Assembly (NCBI GenBank): GCA_963697705.1
Contig: CAVOPA010000003.1
Coordinates: 832,176-896,175, forward strand
Origin: Vicinamibacteria bacterium
Lineage (GTDB): Bacteria; Acidobacteriota; Vicinamibacteria; Vicinamibacterales; JAENWD01
Direction: 5' to 3'
DNA length: 64,000 bases
The position numbers and the translations under genes were made by a program. Shown in pieces: positions 46,062 to 54,489 of the stretch (position 1 is the first letter of the stretch; each line of letters begins with the position of its first letter). Under the pieces are notes generated by a model. That model saw only the letters and a program-made list of their open reading frames with translations, was not told the DNA's origin and made no database searches.

Positions 46062-47001
46062 ATGGCTACTGCGAATCTGCGCGTCGTCCTCATCCTGGCG
46101 CTGACGGCCGGCTTCGCGACGGCGAGCGCCAGCCGTGCAGCAACGCAGCCTGCGGCTACCACCTTGTCGGTGACCCGCGCAGGCCCCAGAGGCGAAGTCG
46201 GCAGCCTCGCCGAGGCGAACGAGGTGCGGGTCGTGTTCTCGGAGCCGATGGTCTCGCTCGGCCGCATACCGCGCGTCGAGACCGCGCCGTTCGTCCGGAT
46301 CTCTCCGGCAGTGGCTGGTACATTTCGCTGGTCCGGAACAACGACGCTGATCTTCACGCCGGACCCGAAGCGGCCGCTCCCGTTCGCCACGCGGTTCGAC
46401 GTCACGATCACGTCCGCCGCGACGGCGGTGAGCGGGCGGCGGCTCGCCACGCCGTACACGTTCACGTTCATCACGCCTGCGGCGCGTCTGCTGCGCACGA
46501 CGTGGTCACGGCGGGGCGGCCTCTCCAGCGCGCCGGTCGTCGTGCTGCTCCGCTTCAATCAGCGTGTGCAGCCTGCGGATGTCTTCTCGCACCTGGCCGC
46601 GAGCTTCGAGCCGCACGACTGGGCGGAGCCCTCGCTGTCGGACGATTCGGTCGCGCGCACGACGGCTGCCGATCCCACTCGACGAGCGTCTGCGCGTACG
46701 GCCGGCGATCGCGATGGGCGAGACGCGCGCCAGACGTGACCCGTCCGCCATCGTCATCGCCAACCCGCCTTCCGGTGCGACCTACTCTATCGATCCGACC
46801 CTGCGGCGCGAGTTCCAGACGCTCGCGCTCCGAGCGGTGACGGCTGAGCACACGCGCGTGGAGCGGCACATCGACGGCCGCACAGTGGGCAGTTCGACTT
46901 CGGAGAGCGCCGTGATGTGGCCGCTCCGCGCAGGTCGGCACCGTATCTCGGCCAACGACCCGCGCGGCCGAACCGCCGAAGCTACGATCGTCGTGCGGTG
47001 A
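46062..47001 (+). pseudogene. Deletion remnant: alpha-2-macroglobulin-like N-terminus joined to a PBP1C C-terminal domain
   Basis: Frame A (46062-46739) has a signal plus an MG1-like fold: EVRVVFSEPMV...ISPAVAGTFRWSGTTTLIFTPDPKRPLPFATRFDVTI. Frame B (to 47001) has a BiPBP_C-like tail: IANPPSGATYSIDPTL...HIDGRTVG...WPLRAGRHRISANDPRGRTAEATIVV. Confidence 0.6.
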
Positions 47002-47006
47002 CTTCC

Positions 47007-48326
47007 TCAGAGCAGCATTGACGCGATCGCGGCGTTGATCAGGGTGGCAAGAAAGCCCACGAGCAACGCCCGAGAGGCGAGCCGGGCCAGGTCGCCTCGG
47101 CGCGTGGGGGCCATTCCGCCGATGCCGCCGAGCTGGATGCCAATCGAAGCGAAGTTCGCGAAGCCGGTGAGCGCATATGTGGCGAGCGTGTACGACCGCG
47201 GGCTCAGCGTGTGGCGGTACTGCGTCGTCAGCTTCACGAACGAGACGAACTCCGTGGCCACGAGCTTCGTGCCGAGAAGATCGGCGACGGCCGGCACATC
47301 AGCACGCGGCACGCCCATGAGCACGGCGGCAGGTGAGAAGACCACCGCGAAAACGCTCGCGAGCGTCAGGCCCGGGCGAATTGCACCGAGCACGAAGTCA
47401 AACAGCGCCAGGAACGCCAGGAAGGCGATGAGCATGGCGGCGACGTTCAGCGCCAGGGTCAGTCCGTCCGCGGCGCCAGCGGCCGCAGCGTCGATGACGT
47501 TGACGTGCTGGCGCTCGACGGCCGTTTTTACGCGCCCCTGAGTCTCGGGGCGTTCGAGCTCGGGCAGCATTATCTTCGAGAGGTACAACCCACACGGTGC
47601 CGCCATGACGCTCGTCGTCAGAATGGCAATCGGGTCTGCGCCGAGCCCGATGTAGACGGCCATGACCCCGCCGGAGATAGTGGCCATCCCGCCAACCATC
47701 ATCGCGAGCAGCTCCGACTGCGTCATCCGGGGCACGTACGGTTTCACGATGATTGGCGCCTCGGTTTGGCCCATGAAGACGTTCGCCGCCGCCGACAATG
47801 TTTCTGCGCCGCTCGTTCGCATCAGGTACATCATGGCGCGCGCCATCATGGCGACGATGAACTGGAGGACACCAAAGTAGTACAAGACCGTGAAGAACGA
47901 CGATATGAAGATGATCGTCGGCAGCGCCGTAAACGCGAAGACGAACCCGCGCGGCAGCACCTTGCCGAGGACCTGCTGGTTCGCGAGATCACCAAACACG
48001 AACTGCGAGCCCAGGTTCGTGAACTCGAGAAAACGCGCGACACCTCGCGCCACCGCGCTGAACAGCTCATAGCCCGGGCGGACGCCGTTCACCTCGAGCT
48101 TCAGGATGAAGAACGCCAGCAGCAGCTGCAGCGCGATGCCCCAGCCAACCGTGCGCCAGCTCACGGCGCGCAGGTTGGAGGAGGCGGCGGCCACGATGGC
48201 GATGAAGCACAGCGCGCCGATGCCGCCCTGCAGGCGGGGATCGATCACCCCCTGCGAGAGCCAGGCGAGTGCGGCGAGTACAACGGCGACGCCGCCGGCG
48301 GCGATGCGTAACGAGAGATTCGACAT
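47007..48326 (-). CDS. Concentrative nucleoside transporter (NupC/CNT family)
   Basis: GFVFAFTALPTIIFISSFFTVLYYFGVLQ, GAETLSAAANVFMGQTEAP, TGFANFASIGIQLGGIG. Confidence 0.88.
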   Translation of the reverse strand: MSNLSLRIAAGGVAVVLAALAWLSQGVIDPRLQGGIGALCFIAIVAAASSNLRAVSWRTVGWGIALQLLLAFFILKLEVNGVRPGYELFSAVARGVARFLEFTNLGSQFVFGDLANQQVLGKVLPRGFVFAFTALPTIIFISSFFTVLYYFGVLQFIVAMMARAMMYLMRTSGAETLSAAANVFMGQTEAPIIVKPYVPRMTQSELLAMMVGGMATISGGVMAVYIGLGADPIAILTTSVMAAPCGLYLSKIMLPELERPETQGRVKTAVERQHVNVIDAAAAGAADGLTLALNVAAMLIAFLAFLALFDFVLGAIRPGLTLASVFAVVFSPAAVLMGVPRADVPAVADLLGTKLVATEFVSFVKLTTQYRHTLSPRSYTLATYALTGFANFASIGIQLGGIGGMAPTRRGDLARLASRALLVGFLATLINAAIASMLL

Positions 48327-48397
48327 GTGCGCTGAATCCTGGTCAGAGTCTCGTGGCGGCGACGTTTCGGCTGCGCTCGATGCGCTCGCGGGATCGC

Positions 48398-48632
48398 GGC
48401 CCGCCTGAAGGCGGGCACTACGTGACGATCACGGCCCACCTTGAGGCGGGCACTACGGACATCACGGCCCGCCTGAAGGCGGGCACTACGCGACGATCAC
48501 GGCCCGCCTGAAGGCGGGCACTACGCGACGATCACGGCCCGCCTGAAGGCGGGCACTACGCGACGATCACGGCCCGCCTGAGGCGGGCACTACGACGATC
48601 CGGCCCGCCTGGCGGGCACTACCTGACGATCC
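48398..48632 (+). repeat. Tandem array of 7 REP-like hairpin units (31-35 nt) between deoA and nupC
   Basis: Units start at 48398, 48433, 48466, 48501, 48536, 48571 and 48602. Consensus GGCCCGCCTGAAGGCGGGCACTACGCGACGATCAC. Three central units are identical. The last unit overlaps the deoA stop at 48619. Confidence 0.9.
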
Positions 48633-49920
48633 CGTGAATGAGGGGAACCGGCGGGGGCGGCTCGGCGCTTATCGTCACGGCGCGGGCGAGCAGCTCCCGT
48701 GCCTCGTCGGACCGCGCGCCGGCCCCGGGGTGCAGGCGGACGATCGGGTCCCCTGCCTCGACCCGGTCCCCCGGCTTGGCCAGCAGCACGAGCCCCGCGC
48801 CCGGATCGATCCGCGTGTCGAGGCGCTCGCGGCCGGCGCCGAGCACCATCGACGCGCGGCCGATGAGCGCGGCGTCCATCCCGGCCACGAAGCCGGAACG
48901 CGCAGCCGTGAACGGATCCGCGGCGGCCACGTGCGGCAGGCGGGCACGGTCCTCGATGATGCGGCGATCGCCGCCCTGGTTTTCCACCACCTGCCCGAAC
49001 TTCTCGAGCGCCGCACCCGAGGCGAGCGCCCGCCGCACGCGCTCGCCGGCGTCACGATCGTCGCCGGCTCCGGCGAGTCGCAGCATGCGCGCGGCAAGCG
49101 CCACGCACAGGTGCTCCAGATCCGAGGGGCCGCGCCCGGCCAGCGTGTCCAGGCACTCGCCGATCTCGAGCGCGTTGCCGATCGCGCGACCGAGCGGCGC
49201 ATCCATCGCGGTGAGCATGGCCTCGGTCTCGAGCCCCACCCGCGCGCCGATTGTCACCATCGCTTCAGCCAGCCGGCGGGCGTCGGCCTCCGTTTTCATG
49301 AAAGCGCCGCGGCCGACTTTCACGTCGAGCACCAGCACGTCGGTGCCCTCGGCGATCTTCTTACTCATGATCGATGACGCGATGAGCGGAATGCTCTCGA
49401 TCGTGCCGGTGACATCGCGCAACGCGTACAGTTTCTTGTCGGCGGGGGCGATATCCGCCGTCTGGCCGATGAAGGCACACCCGATCCGCTGCAGCGCCGC
49501 GAGGAACGCGTCGCGCTCCATCGCGACGCGGAACCCCGGAATGGACTCCAGCTTGTCGATGGTGCCGCCGGTGTGCCCGAGCCCTCGTCCTGAGCTCTTG
49601 GGCACCACCACTCCGCAGGCGGCCACGATCGGCGCGACCACGATCGACGTCTTATCGCCGACGCCGCCGGTGCTGTGCTTGCCTGCTTTCGTGCCCGGGA
49701 TTGCGGACAGGTCGACGCGGCGCCCCGATGCAACCATCGCCTCTGTGAGCCAGCCCGTCTCGTCCGCGCTCATGCCGCGAAGCAGCATGGCCATCAGCAG
49801 CGCCGACGTCTGGTACTCCGGGATGGTGTTCGCCGCGACGCCCGAGACGAAGAACTCGAGTTCCTCGCGCGTGAGAGCGGCGCCGTCCCGCTTCCGGACG
49901 ATGATGTCGACAATGCGCAT
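48619..49920 (-). CDS. deoA: Thymidine / pyrimidine-nucleoside phosphorylase
   Basis: MRIVDIIVRKRDG, KHSTGGVGDKTS, GRGLGHTGGTIDKLESIPG. The track ORF upstream extension to 50226 overlaps the divergent M14 gene. Confidence 0.92.
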   Translation of the reverse strand: MRIVDIIVRKRDGAALTREELEFFVSGVAANTIPEYQTSALLMAMLLRGMSADETGWLTEAMVASGRRVDLSAIPGTKAGKHSTGGVGDKTSIVVAPIVAACGVVVPKSSGRGLGHTGGTIDKLESIPGFRVAMERDAFLAALQRIGCAFIGQTADIAPADKKLYALRDVTGTIESIPLIASSIMSKKIAEGTDVLVLDVKVGRGAFMKTEADARRLAEAMVTIGARVGLETEAMLTAMDAPLGRAIGNALEIGECLDTLAGRGPSDLEHLCVALAARMLRLAGAGDDRDAGERVRRALASGAALEKFGQVVENQGGDRRIIEDRARLPHVAAADPFTAARSGFVAGMDAALIGRASMVLGAGRERLDTRIDPGAGLVLLAKPGDRVEAGDPIVRLHPGAGARSDEARELLARAVTISAEPPPPVPLIHGIVR

Positions 49921-49928
49921 GAGGCCGG

Positions 49929-49958
49929 GGAAAAGTATAGGGCAGACTATACTTTTCC
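49929..49958. promoter_or_regulatory. Perfect 12-bp AT-rich inverted repeat in the 43-bp deoA / M14 divergent spacer
   Basis: GGAAAAGTATAG-ggcaga-CTATACTTTTCC. Each arm contains TATACT read towards the adjacent gene. It lies 9 nt from the deoA start and 6 nt from the M14 start. Confidence 0.7.
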
Positions 49959-49963
49959 GTTCG

Positions 49964-52654
49964 ATGCCTGCCGCCTCCCCGCGATCGCACCTGACGCATA
50001 CCGGCCGCCGCCGGTTCCTGCCCGTCGTCCTGCTCGGCGTGCTCGCGACGCTCGCGTCTGGCGCGGCTGTGCGCGGCGAGTCCGCGGTCCCGTCCCCTGA
50101 GCAGTTCTTTGGCTTCCGCATGGGCGCCGACCGCCGCATCGCCGGCTGGTCGCGCATCGTCGAGTATTTCCGCACGGTCGACCGCCTCTCCGACCGCGTG
50201 ACCGTGCAGGATCTCGGGCCGACCACCGACGGCCGTCCCTACCTGCTGGCCGTCATCTCGGCGCCGGACACGATTGCCGACCTGCCGCGCTACCAGGCGA
50301 TGCAGAAGCGCCTCGCCGATCCGCGCATCACCTCGCCGGCGGAGGCCGATCGGATCGCGCGGGACGGCAAGGTGGTCGTGCTCATTGGCGCCAACGTCCA
50401 CGCCAACGAGATCGGCAGCAGCCAGACGGCCAACGACCTGCTGTATTGGCTCGCGACGTCCGACGATTCCCGCGTCAAGCGCGTGCTCGACAACGTGATC
50501 CTGCTGCTCGTGCCCTCGCAGAATCCCGACGGTCAGCAGATGATGACCGACTGGTACGCGCAGACGGTCGGCACACCCTACGAGGACGCGCCGCTTCCGG
50601 AGCTGTACCAGCGCTACGCGGGTCACGACAACAACCGCGACAGCTACATGCTCACGCAGGTCGAAACGCGCTACCTCGCCCAGATCACCTACCGCGACTG
50701 GCTGCCCGAGGTGTACCTCGATCAGCATCAAATGGGCAGCGGACGCGCGCGCATCTTCGTGCCGCCGTTCAAGAACCCGCCCAACCCCAACGTGGATCCG
50801 CTCGTGTGGAGCGAGGTGAACCTGCTCGGACAGGCAATGGCCGCCCGCCTGCAGGAGGCGGGCAAGCCAGGCGTGATGTGGGGTGAGATCTACAGCGGCT
50901 TCTGGCAAGGTGCGAACAGCACCAACCCGTGGTGGCACAACATGGTGGCGCTGCTCGCCGAAGTTGCGGGCGCACGCGGCGCGTCGCCCATTTTCCAGCA
51001 CACGCCACCGGGCGCGTCCCTCTCAGGCGCCGAGACGAAGATCGAGTCGGGCGACATGCCGATCCCTCCGCCACCGGACCTTCAGTTCCGGATGAACTAC
51101 CCGGAGCCCTGGCTTGGCGGTCGCTGGACCTTCGCGGACGTTGTCGAGCACCATCGGCTCGCGGCAGAAGGCCTGCTCGAAGCCGCGGCGGATCGGCGCG
51201 AGAGCCTGAAGCGCAACTTCTACCTGATGAACCGGCGGACCGTCGAGCGGTTCTCCAGCGGTCAGCCGTTCGCGTTCATCGTGCCTCGGGCACAGCATGA
51301 CCCGGGGAGCGCCGTGCGCCTGCTCGGTCTCATTCAAGACGGCGGCGCCGACGTCGACGAGGCCAGCGCGCCGTTCACGGCGGGGGGCGTGCAATATCCG
51401 GCAGGGACGGCCGTGATCCGCCTCGCGCAGCCGTTCGGGCGATGGGTGAAGGATCTGCTCGAAGCGCAGTCGTACCCGGACATCCGGTGGCCCTCGCCTT
51501 CCGCGCCCATCGATCGGCCGTACGACATGACCGCGTGGACGCTCGGCCTGTTGATGGGCGTCACCGTCGTCGAAGTGCCGGCGCCGTTCGACGCGGCGCT
51601 CACGCGGCTCGGCCGTGACCTGGCGTGGCCACGGGGAGTTGTGACCGGCAGCGGCACCACATGGGTGCTGTCGCACAGCCCGAACGCGTCGAGCACGGCC
51701 ACATACCGGCTGCTCGCCGCAGGCGCCGACGTCTCGTGGGCGACCGAACCAGTCCGCGTGGGCGAACGGCAATTCGAGAGCGGCGCCGTCATCGTTGGCA
51801 ACGTGGCGCCGGGGCTGATGGCCACACTCGCAGCAGACCTCGGCCTCGAGATCGCGGCCACGTCGCAGCCGCTGCGGTCAGAGCGTCTCGCGCTTCGGCT
51901 GCCGCGCGTGGCGTTGTACGAACCATGGGGCGGTCTCGCCGATGCGGGTTGGACGCGGTGGATCTTCGAGCAACACGACGTTCCGTACACGCGCGTGCGG
52001 CATGACGACGTGCAGGATCCGTCGTTCGGCCGCCGGTTCGACGTGCTCGTCCTGGCCGATGCGCCAGGGACGCTCCTGCTGCGGGGCCTGCCGGGCGCGA
52101 ACGTCATGCCGCGCCACAAGGGCGGTCTCGGTGACACCGGCGTCGCAGCCCTTCGCCGCTTCGTGCAAGGGGGCGGGACGATTATCACGCTCGGCAACAG
52201 CGCGTTGTTCGCCATCGAGCACCTCGGCGTTCCCGTGGCCAACGTCATCCCCACCGACGATCCCGACGCGTTCTTCTGCCCCGGCTCTCTACTCCGCCTG
52301 GACGTCGATACCGAGCACCCAATCGGCTACGGCATGCCGCCCGGTGCGGCGGCGATGTTCGTGAACAACGGCGGCTATGCGATCACAGACGGTCCGAACA
52401 CCGCCGTGACCACAGTGGCACGCTACCCTCAGGGTCCGCTGCTCCTGAGCGGCTGGATGCTGGGCGAACAGCGCCTCCGCGGAGCCGGCGCCGTGCTCGA
52501 CGTGCCGATGGGCCGCGGACGCATCATCATGCTGACCTTCAGGGTGCAGCACCGGGCGCAGACGTCAGGCACGTTCAAGTTGCTCTTCAACGCAATTCTC
52601 TATGGGCCGGCCGCCGCGGCGCGGCAGGTCGGCGCTCCAACGCAGCAATTCTGA
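49964..52654 (+). CDS. M14-family zinc carboxypeptidase-like protein (paralog of 26517-29336)
   Basis: ATG at 49964, Arg-rich then hydrophobic signal RRRFLPVVLLGVLATLASGAA. NVHANEIGSSQ, SQNPDGQQMMTDWY, RYAGHDNNRDSYM. C-terminal VALYEPWGGLADAGWTRWIFEQHDVPY...FDVLVLAD. Confidence 0.85.
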   Translation: MPAASPRSHLTHTGRRRFLPVVLLGVLATLASGAAVRGESAVPSPEQFFGFRMGADRRIAGWSRIVEYFRTVDRLSDRVTVQDLGPTTDGRPYLLAVISAPDTIADLPRYQAMQKRLADPRITSPAEADRIARDGKVVVLIGANVHANEIGSSQTANDLLYWLATSDDSRVKRVLDNVILLLVPSQNPDGQQMMTDWYAQTVGTPYEDAPLPELYQRYAGHDNNRDSYMLTQVETRYLAQITYRDWLPEVYLDQHQMGSGRARIFVPPFKNPPNPNVDPLVWSEVNLLGQAMAARLQEAGKPGVMWGEIYSGFWQGANSTNPWWHNMVALLAEVAGARGASPIFQHTPPGASLSGAETKIESGDMPIPPPPDLQFRMNYPEPWLGGRWTFADVVEHHRLAAEGLLEAAADRRESLKRNFYLMNRRTVERFSSGQPFAFIVPRAQHDPGSAVRLLGLIQDGGADVDEASAPFTAGGVQYPAGTAVIRLAQPFGRWVKDLLEAQSYPDIRWPSPSAPIDRPYDMTAWTLGLLMGVTVVEVPAPFDAALTRLGRDLAWPRGVVTGSGTTWVLSHSPNASSTATYRLLAAGADVSWATEPVRVGERQFESGAVIVGNVAPGLMATLAADLGLEIAATSQPLRSERLALRLPRVALYEPWGGLADAGWTRWIFEQHDVPYTRVRHDDVQDPSFGRRFDVLVLADAPGTLLLRGLPGANVMPRHKGGLGDTGVAALRRFVQGGGTIITLGNSALFAIEHLGVPVANVIPTDDPDAFFCPGSLLRLDVDTEHPIGYGMPPGAAAMFVNNGGYAITDGPNTAVTTVARYPQGPLLLSGWMLGEQRLRGAGAVLDVPMGRGRIIMLTFRVQHRAQTSGTFKLLFNAILYGPAAAARQVGAPTQQF

Positions 52655-52813
52655 TGACGGCGGGCGACGGGCGATGCGGTCGGGCGACAGCGGCCTGGGC
52701 CGTGACGGTGCAACGCGGCGGCGGGCAACCCCGGTGTGCGACTCTATCGAGTCGCCTCACGCGGGAGCGGCTCGCGCAGCAAGGCGCTGACTTCCGCTGA
52801 GAACGTGGCCTGC

Positions 52814-54481
52814 ATGCGTTCAACCCCTCTCATCCTGCTGGCCGCGTCGGCAATGCTTTCCGCACGTCAAACCGCGTTACCGGGCGCGCCAGCGGACCTG
52901 ATCGTGCACCACGCTGTCGTGTACACGATGGCGGACGGGCAACAGACGGCCGAAGCCTTTGCCGTCACGGGCGACCGGTTCGTCGCGGTCGGCACGTCGG
53001 CCGACGTGTTGCGCTGGCGCGGACCGTCGACGCGCGTCGTCGATGGCGCCGGCCAGGCGATCGTGCCGGGCCTGCAGGATGCGCACGGGCACGTGCTGGG
53101 ACTCGGTGCGTCGCTCGAAGAGCTCGACCTTCGCGATACGCCCACCTTCGACGCGATCGTCGCGAAGGTGCGTACGCGCGCCAGCGCCGCGCGCCCTGGC
53201 GAGTGGATCATCGGGCGCGGCTGGGATCAGAACCGGTGGCCGGTTCCCGATTGGCCAGCGCCCGGTCCGCTGGACGACGCCGCTCCCCGAAACCCGGTGT
53301 TTCTGATTCGCATCGACGGGCATGCCGCACTGGCGAACCGCAGCGCGCTGGCAGCGGCGGCGATCACCCCGGAGACGGCCGACCCGGCCGGTGGGCGGCT
53401 GATTCGGGACCGATCGGGGCTGCCGACCGGCGTACTGGTGGATGCGGCGCGCTCACTCGTCGAACGGCGAATCCCGCAGGCGACCACGCAGCAGCTGACC
53501 GAGCAGCTGCTCCTGGCCGATCGTGAGCTGCGCAGGGTCGGACTGACGATGGTGCACGACGCGGGCGTCTCGCCAGCGGTCGTCGATCTGTACCGTGAAT
53601 TGGTGGCCGGCGATCGCTTTTCCACGCGCGTCTACGTAATGCTCACGGGACTCAGCCCAGGCGACTGGTTCACACGCGGGCCGCTCCTCGATCCCCGGCA
53701 GCGCCTTACGGTGCGAGCCGTGAAGCTGATCGCCGACGGGGCTCTCGGCTCACGCGGCGCAGCCCTGCTCGACGACTACGCCGACGAGCCCGGAAACCGC
53801 GGTCTGCTCGTGACCGAACCCGATCGGTTGTACGCGGTGACGCGGGCGGCGTCCGAGGCAGGCTTCCAGACCGCGATTCACGCCATCGGCGATCGGGCGA
53901 ACCGCGAAGTGCTCGACATCTTCGAGCGCGTGGAGCGCGAGGTGCCGCGCGCCCGCGAGCTGCGCCTGCGCGACGAGCACGCGCAGATCGTGGCCGCGAG
54001 CGACATCCCGCGATTCGCGAAGCTCGGAGTCATCGCGTCGATCCAGGCCACCCACTGTACTTCGGACATGCCGTGGGCGCCGCGCCGGCTCGGTGACGCC
54101 CGCATTGCCGAAGGCGCCTACGCGTGGCGGAAGCTGATCGCGTCCGGTGCCGCGCTCGCCCATGGATCCGACTTCCCCGTCGAGCGGCCGGATCCACTCC
54201 TCGGTTTCTACGCGGCCATCACGCGGCAGGACGCCCACGGGCAACCGCCGGGCGGCTGGGCACCCGACCAGCGGCTCACACGCGAGGAGGCGCTGCACGC
54301 CATGACGCGTGGCGCCGCGTTTGCCGCGCACGCCGAGCGCGACCTCGGCTCGATCGAGCCGGGCAAGCTGGCGGATTTCGTCGTCCTCTCCCGCGACATC
54401 ATGCAGGTCGAACCGCACGACGTGCTCTCGACGGCCATCGTCCGCACGGTCGTGGGCGGCCGGACCGTGTACGAACGATAG
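52814..54481 (+). CDS. Amidohydrolase-family metal hydrolase (Amidohydro_3/YtcJ-like)
   Basis: Signal MRSTPLILLAASAMLSA. PGLQDAHGHVLGLG, TAIHAIGDRANREVLD, DEHAQIV, HGSDFPVE. Confidence 0.88.
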   Translation: MRSTPLILLAASAMLSARQTALPGAPADLIVHHAVVYTMADGQQTAEAFAVTGDRFVAVGTSADVLRWRGPSTRVVDGAGQAIVPGLQDAHGHVLGLGASLEELDLRDTPTFDAIVAKVRTRASAARPGEWIIGRGWDQNRWPVPDWPAPGPLDDAAPRNPVFLIRIDGHAALANRSALAAAAITPETADPAGGRLIRDRSGLPTGVLVDAARSLVERRIPQATTQQLTEQLLLADRELRRVGLTMVHDAGVSPAVVDLYRELVAGDRFSTRVYVMLTGLSPGDWFTRGPLLDPRQRLTVRAVKLIADGALGSRGAALLDDYADEPGNRGLLVTEPDRLYAVTRAASEAGFQTAIHAIGDRANREVLDIFERVEREVPRARELRLRDEHAQIVAASDIPRFAKLGVIASIQATHCTSDMPWAPRRLGDARIAEGAYAWRKLIASGAALAHGSDFPVERPDPLLGFYAAITRQDAHGQPPGGWAPDQRLTREEALHAMTRGAAFAAHAERDLGSIEPGKLADFVVLSRDIMQVEPHDVLSTAIVRTVVGGRTVYER

Positions 54482-54489
54482 GGTGAACC

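Noticed and set aside
48398-48632. Possible CRISPR array (regular ~35-nt repeats with a palindromic core)
   Set aside because: The units are directly contiguous, with no unique spacers between them. No cas genes are in the window. The same unit occurs singly elsewhere, including inside tsaD. This is tandem REP/BIME-like behaviour, not CRISPR.
48638-49963. 5' 1.3 kb of the 1338-aa plus-strand ORF as part of the M14 gene
   Set aside because: This part is antisense to a well-supported deoA and translates to low-complexity sequence. A signal-peptide-bearing ATG at 49964 gives a protein collinear with the paralog at 26517-29336.
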